This document shows positions 1 to 22,323 of a stretch of DNA of 41,689 nt, piece by piece. Position numbers and translations under genes: made by a program. Each line of letters opens with the position of its first letter. Position 1 is the first letter of the stretch. The notes under the pieces are model-generated. The model did not search any database, was not told the origin of the DNA, and worked only from the letters and a program-made list of their open reading frames with translations. Source of the stretch: Hyphochytrium catenoides (lineage: Eukaryota; Protista; Hyphochytriomycota); assembly GCA_900088475.1 (NCBI GenBank), contig FLMG01000762.1:1-41689 (forward strand), written 5' to 3'.

Positions 1-193
1 GGAAGCGAGAGAGAAGGTTAGAAAGAGAGAAAGACTGAGCGGAGGTGAAGTTTATAGGGCCAAGGAGGGTATAGGAGTGGAAGATTAGCGAGAAACAAGA
101 GGTCGCAGCCAGGAACGTTTGGTCTTCCATTCTCTTCCCCTCTCTCAGCGCTCTCTCTGTATCTCTCTCTGCATGGCTCTCTGTCTAGCTTCT

Positions 194-225
<32 letters not shown>

Positions 226-2551
226 CTCACTCTCTCACCGTAGCTAAGGCTGACAAGAGAGACGAGCTCTCCGCTTCCCCAGAACATGGCGACCAAGGCC
301 ACGCCAGAGACAAGTATGAATAAGGCGCCACAGGAATAGACAACCTAAGTAGTAGACAAAGAGTTAGGAGCGAGAAAGAAAGAGAAGAGAGAGAACAAAG
401 AGATGCCAGGACAGCACACTAAAGACGATCGGACATCTGAGTTAACGTCTAATGGGAAAGAGAAAAGACATTGAAAGGAAGCGACGGAGCCGCTCTTATA
501 GAGTTCAAGGTATTGGGACGGACAAGAGTGAAAATGAGGGAAGAAAGAGGGAGAAAAATGCAGACAAAGAGAGAAACAGAGAGAGAGAAGAACGGAGGGA
601 AAACAAGAGGGAGCAAGAGAAAGAGACAGAGAATATGTTAAATATCAACAAATCGTGCCGTACGTTTATAATGGAGAGGAATCGGAAGACAGAGCCGCTT
701 ATGGAGACTGTTCCAACGTGCTCTGAGACGAGAAAGAGCCAAAGTGTCGCCGCCTGGGACTCAGAGAGGATCTGCTGCTCAACGGCCCTTTGGAGCAAGG
801 GAGGAGAGAGGGAGAGAGACGAATACACTGGACTCTTTACGAAGTAGGAGAGAGAGGAGAAGAGTTAAAAGAGCGAGAGAGGGAAGAGAGATTGAGGGCA
901 ACATGTAGATCAAGAAAGAAAGGGACAACAAGTCTTCCGAGGAACGGGAGGAAGAAAGTGAGAGCAGGCAGTTAGTCGTCAGAGAAAAGCTCCCTAGAGA
1001 CTGAGACAAGAGACAGAGAAGGAAAGGGAGAGAGACACAGAAAGGGACGGGAATAATTGAGAGAGAGAGAGAGAGAGAGAGTAAGACATGGAGAGAAGGA
1101 GAGGGTGTGCCTAGCGAAGTACCTGCATCTTCCATCCAGCCACATCTTTCTTGCCCAGCTCCACTTTCGTCCTTAGCTTTCCTCTCATTCCTTCGATTCC
1201 TTCCTGCATTTGGTCTCTCCTGGTTTCTCTCCTGGGCACATCTGCCCGACTGTAGAGGAGGAAGAGGAGGGCGAAGAGTCCAAGGATAATGACAGGAAGA
1301 TTGCGCTTGACATAGGCGACTCGTGCCATGAGTTTCTTTCTCTTCCGCTCCTGTGCAGGATAGGGCGGATGGAAGTGAAACGACTCAGGAATTGCTGGTC
1401 CTCTGTCTCTCTCTCTCTCTCTCACTCTCTCTCTCTCACACTCTCCCTCACACACACCCTCTCTCTCTCTCACTCTTTCTCTCCCTCACTTTTTTGCCCA
1501 CTCTCTCCGGTCCCTCTCTTTCATCACTGCGATGTTGTCTCCCATTCCTTTCCTGACCTCAAGTCCTTCCTCTTACGCTCTCATACAGGTGAACCCTCTC
1601 TCTCTCCCTCATCTTTGATCACCAACCTCTCTCTGTTTTTCTCTCTTTCTTTCCCTCTCTCTTTCCCTGTCCACCTTTTTCTCTGTCTTTGCTTTCTCGT
1701 TAGGAGACATTCCGTCCCCAGCCTGGGCATGGGAGACGTCAGTGGCTGCAGCGGAGGACGGGAGAGAAGATGTGGCAGGAAGGGCGAGAGAAAGTTGTTC
1801 CGCGCCTCTTTTTCTTTCGTGGGACCTCCAATTGGGAGAAGAGAGAGGGAACAGAGAAATGGAGAAAGACAGAGAGAAATAAGGATCAGACTAATGACAT
1901 GATTAAAGAGTTTCGAAGACTCAGGAGGAAATGATTGTGGAAGAGAAAGTTGAACCAGAGGCAGAGAGAGAGAGGCAGACAGACAGGAACGACGTGGAGC
2001 GAGATAAATAGCAGAGAGAGAGAGAGAGAAAGAGAGAGAAAGAGAGAGAAAAAGAGAGAGAGAGAAAGAGAGAAAGAGAGAGAGATTACAGAGAGCGGGA
2101 ATGAGCCAGAGGCTCTAGGACAGTAGAATAAATATGTGAAACAACTGAGAGAGGAAAAGTGAAGAATGCGGATAGCGACAGACAAAAAGGAAGGGAAGTA
2201 GGGAGGGCGATAGAAAAAAAGACAGAGAACGGAGAGAAGAAAGGAAGAGAGAAACAAGAAACGGTAGAGGCGTTACCTCTCGTCTCTTTGTGTCCTCTCC
2301 CCTGATCTGGCTACCCTGCCTCCATCCTGATGCAGCGGAGAGAAGCAACAATAGAAGGCTGGAGTTAGGAGTGATTATCAAAAGAAAGGACACGCGAGCA
2401 CAATGGGGGAAGGAGAAACAGAGGAGAAAGAAGGGTAGAAAAAGAGGACTTAGGATGGAAGACGAAGAGGGATGAGACTTGACAAAGAGTACAGAGATTG
2501 AGGCAGGAGAGAGAGAGAGAGTACATAGACAGAGAAAGAAAGAGAGAGAGG

Positions 2552-2587
<36 letters not shown>

Positions 2588-3368
2588 GAGAGAGACAGAC
2601 CGACAGAGAGAGAGACAGACAGACCGACAGAGAGAGAGACCGACAGAGAGAGAGACAGACAGAGAGAAGGAGAGAAACTGTGAAAGAGGGGAGAGAAAGA
2701 GGGAAAGAGATAGAGGAGGGGAGGAAAAGGGGGTAAGAGAAAGAGAAAGAGAGTACGAAGGAAAGAAAGAGACGGAAGAGGAGAGGAGAACAATAGGTGA
2801 GGGAGACAGAGGATAGAAGAAGAAGCAGCAGTCAAGGAGAGTGAGAGGAGGCCGATGGACAGCGAAAACAAGAGAGTGAAGACAGAGAGAGACGAAACGA
2901 GAGAGAAGGAGAGGGACACACAGAGAGAGACATAGACAGAGAAAGACAGAGAGAGAGAGAGAGGTTATGTTGACAGACACATGAATAACAAGGAAGGTAA
3001 AAAGGATAGAGAAGACTGGAAGGAGAAGAAGAGAGAGAAGTGGGAGAAGAGAGAGAGAATGTGCTGAAGGAAAGAGACAATGAGAGAAAGATGATACTGA
3101 TGGTCAGATAAAAAAGAGCCCAAAGGCAGAGAATAGAGCAGGGTAACAAGAATAAGAGAGAGACCTCTACCTGGACATTCTCCTCTCCTTCTGGAGACGA
3201 AGAGAGAGGGAGAGCCGCTTGAGGAGGAGGAAAGGAAGGGCGAGACGGTGAGGAAGAAGAAGCTTGAGCAGCCGACCGCGATGAGGGGATGGTGGCCGGT
3301 TCTCTCTCAGAAGATGGTGAAGCAGAAGATCCTTTCCTCCAAAAGAGTGACTGCCCGATGCGCTTCAT
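1..3368 (-). CDS. Multi-exon membrane protein with a DUF2157-like region; 3' end runs off the window
   Basis: Exons at ~3368-3171, 2326-2277, ~1825-1675 (uncertain), 1350-1123, 834-664 and 344-239 have GT/AG ends. The spliced product reads ...LLQRAVEQQILSESQAATLWLFL...FRFLSIIN|VVYSCGALFILVSGVALVAMFWGSGELVSLVSLSY. This resembles the N-terminus of bacterial DUF2157-type membrane proteins (AVxxGIxSxxQAxxLWxFL...hhYYhGAL). The N-terminal Ser/Pro-rich exons are less certain. Confidence 0.6.
2545..2670. repeat. (GACA)n/(GA)n compound microsatellite in an intron
   Basis: Directly visible agacagacagac... tract interspersed with gagaga and gaccgacag units. Confidence 0.9.
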
Positions 3369-3744
3369 AGCAGGGAAGAATCGCGGATAGAGCGCACGAA
3401 AGAGGAAGACAGGGGGAGAGAGAGCGAGAGCGAGAGAGCGCGAGATGGGGTGGGAAGAGGGAGCAAGAGGAAGAGAGAGAGAGAGAAAAGATGAAGATGA
3501 GGGAGAAGGACCAGCAAGAGAGAAAGCGTAGAGGATGACGGAAAGAGACTCTAATGGGTAGAAGGGATAAACAGCTGCTGCTGCACCTCAGGAAGACAGA
3601 GGCTGGAGCCTGAGATTCATGGAGGCGACAACGACCTTCAGGAGCCACGTGTAGCTAGGAGAGATAACCGGGAGAAGAGAGAGGGGGAGGAGACGGTGCG
3701 CGTGTAATAAGCGGCGGCAAAAGACGCAGATATGTGTAGGAGAG

Positions 3745-3895
3745 GGAGAGAGAGACACCGAGAGAGCGAGAGAGAGAGAGCGAGAGAGAGAGGGAGGGAG
3801 AGAGAGAGAAAAAGAGAGAGAAAAAGAGAGAGAGAGAGAGAGAGANNNNNNNNNGAGAGAGAGAGAGAGAGGGAGGGAGAGAGAGAGAGAGAGGG
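3745..3895. repeat. (GA)n microsatellite with a short N gap (3846-3854) in the divergent intergenic region
   Basis: Directly visible. It lies between ATG 3368 (-) and ATG 3968 (+). Confidence 0.9.
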
Positions 3896-3967
3896 GAAGA
3901 AGGGTAAGAACACAGGAAAGATTTGTAAGAACAAGACAACAGCAACAGAAACAGAGAGAAACGAATC

Positions 3968-4783
3968 ATGCAGACCGCTAACGGCCTGAGGTTCCGCACG
4001 AAAGGTCAAAAAAGCGAAAGGGAAAGGTGTATGGGGAGAGTGAGAGAGAGAGAGAGAGAGAGGGAGGAGAGAGAGAGCAGAGGGAGAGAGAAAGAAGAGA
4101 GAGAGGTAGAGAAAAGAAGAGGAGAGGAGAGGAAAAGAGAGATAAGAAGGGGAGGATCACCACTGTTATAGTGATCTCGCTCTCTCTCTGTCTCTCTCTC
4201 TCTCCCCCTCTCTCTCTCTCTCTCTCTCTCTCTTTGCATCTCTCTCTCTCTGGACGCATACACCTTTCTCTCTTTCTTTCCGTGCTGTACAGCGGAGAGC
4301 TAGCAAAAGAGAAGTTATAGAGGTTAGTCTTAGCTTTCTCTCCCCTTGTTTGGTCCTCAGAGCTATGGATTGGGATATGAAAGAGACTGTGGACGTCCTT
4401 CAGTTGGAGGTTCTCTCTCTCCTCAGCACCATGCAAACCTTCGGTACGCTTTCTTTCTTACATTCTCTTCTTTTTCTCTTCATCTTGTCTCCCATCGTAG
4501 CTGCCTGCGTTCCTTTCTGTCTGTCTCTCTCTCTCTCGTCTTCTTTCTTTCTCTCCCTCTCTTCTCTCTCTCTTCTCTGTCTATCACTGTGTCCTTTCCC
4601 TCTGCTTGCTTTCTCTCTTCTCACACTGTTTATCGCCTAGACTCTGCCATGAGGTCGCGGTTGCAAGCGCTGAGCGGTCAACTGGGCCGCCTAGAGCGAC
4701 AGGTCGAGCTGCTTGAGAGACAAGAAGACCAAGAGACAGAAGGCGCAGAGAGACGTACAAACGCCAGTCTTACAAGCAAATGA
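3968..4783 (+). CDS. BRK1: BRICK1/HSPC300 subunit of the SCAR/WAVE complex
   Basis: Exons 3968-3990, 4361-4443 and 4641-4783 (GT-AG, phases consistent) give 82 aa: MQTANGLRAMDWDMKETVDVLQLEVLSLLSTMQTFDSAMRSRLQALSGQLGRLERQVELLERQ... This matches the BRK1 pattern DWxxxE...FDxxxRSRLxxLxxxLxxLERxxExxE. Confidence 0.85.
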
Positions 4784-5123
4784 ATCCCTGGAGCAAGCAG
4801 AGACAGAAGAGAAAAAAGGAAGAGAGAGGAGAGAGAGGAGCACGTCCCAGCCCAACATTGTCTTTCACCAGGGTCAACAGCTCTCTTGCAAGGCTATGAA
4901 GGAGAAAATCAAACACCGTTTCTCTTTCTCTCTCTCTCTTCTTTTCGTGTTGTTTCCTTGATCCAAATCATTCTCTGCGTCGGAGAGAGAGAGACACGGA
5001 GAGAGAGAGACAACTTTTACCAGAGAGGAACAACGTCCTCGGACTCGAAAAGAAGAGAGACAAATGCCCCATTTCCTCTCTCTCTCTCTTCTTCCGCTTG
5101 TTAATAATAAAATAACTTATCTA

Positions 5124-16902
<11,779 letters not shown>

Positions 16903-18883
16903 GGCTAGGGAAGGGAAAAGGATGGGCGTGAAAGCTTCCGGTCCAGCCAGCTTACCAAATGGGGGCGACAACGCACTACTCCAAGCCTAGATGTAAGGCA
17001 GACATAAAGAAGAGCTTAGAATCTGAGTCTGCGAGGATGACGTTCATAAGACCGACAAATGCTATCTAGCCGCTCCTTGCAGCAGGGACAACAACCAGGG
17101 GCAGACATAAAACTACTGTCATCAACCTGTACAGACGCAGGGGAGGGCTTGTTCTACCTGACGATGACAGCCTCATCACTTTCGATGAGATTGTAACTAG
17201 AAGGCCCACACTATGTGGCTTGTTACCCTTTGTTAGCTTCAATGGCTTTGTAATGGTGCTCCATGACGTGGGAGACAAGCCTCTGAAGAGAGGCATACAC
17301 CCGCACGACAATCTGATTCTGAATGTTTTAGAGTAGAGAGAAGGATGGAATGAGTTCAAATGCTCAAAAGTAACTCGCGATCTCTGACCAAAGGTTCAGT
17401 ATACCTTACTCTTGACCTTCAAGGGCGGAAGGTGTCCAAGGTCAGAACTAGTTGATAGAGTTACTACTCAGCTCGTCGGCACTCCTCAGTTTGACTGATT
17501 CTCTCTGAACAGTTCACCACTGAATGATAAAGAAAGCTGAGTCGCAAGTTGAGAGCCGCAAGAGGACAGCGCTCCAAAGGCGATCGCTAGCAGTCAGACA
17601 GGAGTCTATTATAGAGACACCAGATGCACGGTCATCGGCTCTTGAGATGCAGGTCAGCAGCCACGAGCGCAGCAGAATGCATATCAGCTTGCAGACCTGG
17701 CAGACCCAGATTATACATTATGGAGTTCCCAGAGCTCTGCAGAGTTTGGACACGCATGTCTCCTCTGGTAACCCTATGATAAAAGCCTAGGAGGCGGCAT
17801 TCTGTCTCGCGGAGGTCGCATCTCTGTCTCTCTGCTTGAGTGTTGTGTGTATGTCGGACCCACACGGGGAGAATCACGGCCACTCTTCTTACCTAAACAT
17901 TTACCGCCATAGGTTAATTAGTAAGGGCTATGCGGCTGATATTACTAGATGGTATTCCGCCTTGCTGTCCTCAGAATCAGCCCAATTATTCCAAGTCTAA
18001 AGGGATTGTTCCAATGAGTAGCGGTTGCCGGTTTCCAGCGGCTTCCAAGGCGAAAGTATCGAAAGATTCAATTGACAAGCCATCTCTAGGGGAGATTCAA
18101 GGGTCTTGATCGAAGTAGAATTCCCTTAGTTCTTAGGCGGTCAACCAGCCCCAACAACATCAAGCACTCCGCTGTCCTATAATAACACAAACACAGACAA
18201 CTGTAACAGCCTGCCAATGCTTAGAGCCGCTAACGTATCTTTGTAATGATAACTGAATGTGACATCGGGATCTGTGTCTCAGAAAAAGGAAGATTCATCG
18301 TGTCTTCGCAGCTCTGTGGGCTCTGCCTGGGACTCCTGCAGAGCTGCTGCAGAGTGGCAACAGCGTCCCTATTGGCCGCAGTTCTCAGCATTCGCTCTCC
18401 TCTCTGGTCCAAGCAACGTGTTGTTGCAGCTTCGTCGACGGCCCGTGTAAAACTAGCACATCCTGCTGGTGAATCATCAACAGTTTGCCGCCGATGTACA
18501 AATAGAACTATCGGCCGCCATACTTGCGGCTGCTGAGAGGCAGATTTCGCAGTCGAGGATCTAGACTCATGCCCTCCTGACGCCGAATTAGCAGGGCTAG
18601 CGATAAGAAGCCAAGACAATGGAAAGGGCAGGCCTTGTATTAGGGTGCCTCTTCTTGTCCCATCGTTGACTGCAGCATCACTCTGGAAAATAAAACCTGA
18701 TTCAATTAATACGCAGTACAGGAGCAGTACTTTGTCCTCAATGTGTTGATTTTACAGCGTATCTCCGCGTAGGTACTTGAGCGTATGGCCCGGTCCTTGA
18801 GGGGACCGCAACTTGTGTGTGCACCAGTAGACTGAGCCCGCCCTATAAAGGTCATGCGCGAATTGCGCAATGACTGCTGGCGG

Positions 18884-20077
18884 CTAAGCTCTCAAAAGCT
18901 CCATGTGGATGCTATCTTTAGCAGCGTTTGGAAAGTGTCCTTTGGGTCCCACATAAGCATCTAGAAGTGCCCAGGAGAGTTCTGGAGAGTCATAGACAGC
19001 AACCTCCCTATCATTTACCGACACCGAGAGTGACCCGTCCACCATCCTATGGGAGCGCATGAGATTAGTAGAGAATGGGAAAGCGTGACAGTGTATCATG
19101 GGAAGGTCCCACACTCAGAAGATACGCAGAATGGCACCGCTAAAAATGCAGCACCGGGCCGCAGGTCAAAGAGAACAAAGGAGCATAATGCTTCTCTACC
19201 TGGTAAAGACTAGCACAGTCCCTTTTTTCCACTCTGTCTCACTGCTAAAAATCTTAACAAATGATCTTAGAGCACTCTTTCCCCGCCCCTGCTTCTGTCC
19301 CCTCTGCGCCTTCCTCACTCTGTGAAGAAGAGACTTATCGAAGCCCTTCGCAAGATGACTTCCTGCGACGTCTCGTCCTAAGACTAGTCGAAGAGAGCAC
19401 TCAGTGAACGTCGTGGCTGACGGAGAGGCGAGAAGGACGTTGATCAGATCGGCTCCAAATCCAGCCTCCTCCCTAGCGGAAAGCGCAGCAAAGCGGTGCA
19501 TGGAGCGCAAGATTAGCACATTGGGATTCCTTCGACGTCAAGCTCCCTCCTGTGATACTCATCGATGCAAAGCTACTTCTGGCACATGGCTACAGTTACT
19601 TCCTGCTTCTTCTCAAGCCTGCTCTTCGTCACATGTCTACCCTAACTCAAACCTCCCACATACCTAAAGACTCTCCAAGCCTCCTTGTCCACATAGAGAG
19701 CGAAGGAGTAAACCCTGGATACATCCAACGAGCACAGGCCTAAGATCGGAGCCCACGACGTAAGCAAGCAGGACTGACTGAGTCTTCTCCCACAGATGAA
19801 GAAAAATAAGCAAAAGAGATGGGAGCTTCTCTCTCTTTCTATCTTCAATCCAGCCTCTTTAGGTTCGTACCAAGCATGCACCTCACGGAGACAGCAACCA
19901 GGTCCTGTGGCCTGTAGCCGCCTTTGGGAAAGAGCTTTTGCGGGAAGTGCGCCTTGGTGTAGGGCTCGATGGCGTCAGAGAGGGAGGAGAATAGGGCTCC
20001 TTCCTTGCTTTGTGAGGCTGACGACTGCTGCAGCGCTGGCTCCTCCTGATACATCAAAGATGCTGCCGCCGCTAAGA
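18884..20077 (-). CDS. Chalcone-isomerase-fold (CHI-like / fatty-acid-binding type) protein; 5' exons unresolved, possibly extending to ~20900
   Basis: Spliced exons give EPYTKAHFP...LVAVSVRCMLG|LCSLDVSRVYSFALYVD...SLRLVLGRDVAGSHLAKGFDKSL...WKKGTVLVFTR|MVDGSLSVSVNDREVAVYDSPELSWALLDAYVG, which is the CHI-like family pattern. Confidence 0.8.
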
Positions 20078-20843
20078 ACGGGCGAGGAACAACAATGCGT
20101 CAAAGAAAGAAATCTGGTTGTTGATAAGGAAGGCCCAGCTCGCATGCAGGAGAAGAACCATGGATTAATCATCGAATGGGCAAGGATATAGTGACACAGT
20201 GCAGATGATGGCAAAAATGACAACTATGAGGAAGCAAGGAAAAGCAATGATGTGGCGCTGAGGCCAGCTAAAGGAGACGAAAGAGCAAGAGTCGGCCGTC
20301 CTGCCCAAGCTCAGTACCTCCAGTGATAGCAAGTAGAACGCCAGGAAGACTACGGAGCTCAGATGAGCCTTGGAAGACGTAAGGAGGTCTAGTGAGTGCA
20401 GCATTTGCTCTCGTCAGCGGTGCAAACCGAGAACTGCGAAACTGAGATGACGAGAGAGCTCGATAGGATGTGAGGGCGCCTAGCCTAGAGGCTCTGCAAG
20501 ATGAGACTCTTTGCCTCAGCGGAGTGAAGAGGCACGATAACGAGCCCTGCATCTTCCTACAGCTCATAATACCCAGTCTGCAGCCGAAGTAGCAAAGAAA
20601 GTTCTTCAGTAAGATAGGCCCAAGACTCGACAAAAGCGCTGCTCCGGCAGGAAAGATGCGATGTCTAGGCCTTGTCTCTGCCGAGTACTCCTCTGCCTGC
20701 AAGAGAACAACCAGACGGCCCTATTCTGATGATCTCTAATCACGTTAGCGGCTCTGAAAGGATCAGCGACAAGATGATGAGGATCATGGTGCAGAATCTC
20801 AACATTGCAGAGCTCTGAAAGCTCTGTGAAAGCTGCCTACTGC

Positions 20844-20928
20844 CTACACCGCGATAGATTGAGCTTTCTTGAAGAGCTCCATTCTACACCGCGATAGCTT
20901 GAGCTTTCTTGAAGAGCTGCCATTCTAC
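20844..20928. repeat. 40-bp tandem duplication (2 copies)
   Basis: ctacaccgcgatag(a/c)ttgagctttcttgaagagct(g)ccatt starts at 20844 and 20884. Confidence 0.9.
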
Positions 20929-22323
20929 TCAGAGATTGTCTATCGATGTAGGGCTCTAGCCCTTTAGAAGACGGACGATAGGCTCAGGAAGCTCGAGCAG
21001 TCCCGAGGTCTCCAAAGCAATAAAGGCCCCTATTACTATCCTCAGTCTTCCCGTCACTACCACGATAGTAGCAGCCTCCTGAGACGATGAGTGAGCTTAG
21101 CAGAAGAGAGAGGAATGAATCATCGGAAGAGTAAGTAGGTATGTTTGAGGCCTTCTCACGGACGACGGAGCGGTCGTCCTACGTGTTGGCCTGTCAAAGG
21201 TAACACACAGTCTACTTGCAGTCTAGATAACAAAGAAACAGAAGCCCTAATAATGGCGCACCATTCTGTTTGACCGCCCGTGAGCACTGTGGACATCAAT
21301 CCAAACATTGGGCCGGCGGCTGTGTCTATCTTCCTTTTCAACCAGACTCTTCCTCTGACCCAGGATCCACCGTCCGTTATCGCCCTTGCGGCCTAAACAG
21401 TATCTGAAGGCAATATCTTCCTAGACAGTCTTCACTTACTCCACGATCGACCTCATTGACCACGATCTTCGAGCATGCAGTCAATCTGCATGCGGCTATT
21501 ATTCAACTTATGGAAGGACCAGATGAAAGCCTTGGCAACGGGCCTTCCCGAGACGGGGCCGCCTCTCTAAGATTCATCATGAACGCTTGCAATTTCAGGC
21601 AGAGCAATTTCAAGCTCATCTAGCAAAGGTTGAATAGGCCTTCCAGATCCCGAGGCGGTGTGCGGGAGGTACTGAGCGTTGATGGAGTGATAGACCTCTT
21701 TCCAGGTGTCATACCTGAGAACCGATGGTTGCATCTGTCCACTGACTAATGGAGAGTTAGAAGTGCCACTTCTTAGTACGGCACTGGCTTAGCTCCGGCT
21801 CTTGACAGTGGCAGATACTTCTAAAGATACATCAGAACGGCCCGCCTCTCCACTAGTTCATCTCTCTGCCTCTCTCTTTGGACAAAGAGCATATGTAGGA
21901 GCCAAGTTGAGGCGTCATTGGTGCTTTATTGGTTCCTTTCCATCCCACATCGAGTCGGGAGAAGCTCGTTAGGCGAAGAAAGGCGCCCAGAGATAGACAG
22001 GACCTCACTCTGAAGGGCTTTTTGGAGTGAGTCATCCTAAGGAAGTGCCTCATCTGGTACCATTTAAGTTAACATTATCGATTCCATCGACGCGCTGCAG
22101 CTCGGGGCTAGCTATAGTTAGCAGCAGACCCTTCGGGCTGGATCTCTCGATATGGGCTTCGTAGCGGGAAGTACGGTTCCGCCCAGAGATCTGGATAGTT
22201 TTCGCTTCCTTGCTTTATCTCGTAGGACTTTGCTCATTCAGGGAGAAGAATGGTGCTATCACTGAGATAGAACGCTACATCTTTCTGCCTCTGTCTCGAG
22301 CGCGTACGCTGTGTCTTGTTTGA

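Noticed and set aside
452-4640. Many ORFs rich in ER/RE or SL/LS repeats (also at 25825-28995, 33306-33735 and 40987-41649)
   Set aside because: They are translations of (GA)n/(CT)n microsatellites, which lack stop codons, and mostly lie in introns or antisense to real genes.
20844-20928. Palindromic 40-bp repeats as a CRISPR array
   Set aside because: There are only two directly adjacent copies, with no spacers, no cas genes and a eukaryotic context.
22150-22190. Possible tRNA or tRNA-derived SINE
   Set aside because: There is no cloverleaf and no intact A/B boxes. No tRNA, rRNA or snRNA was recognised anywhere in the window.
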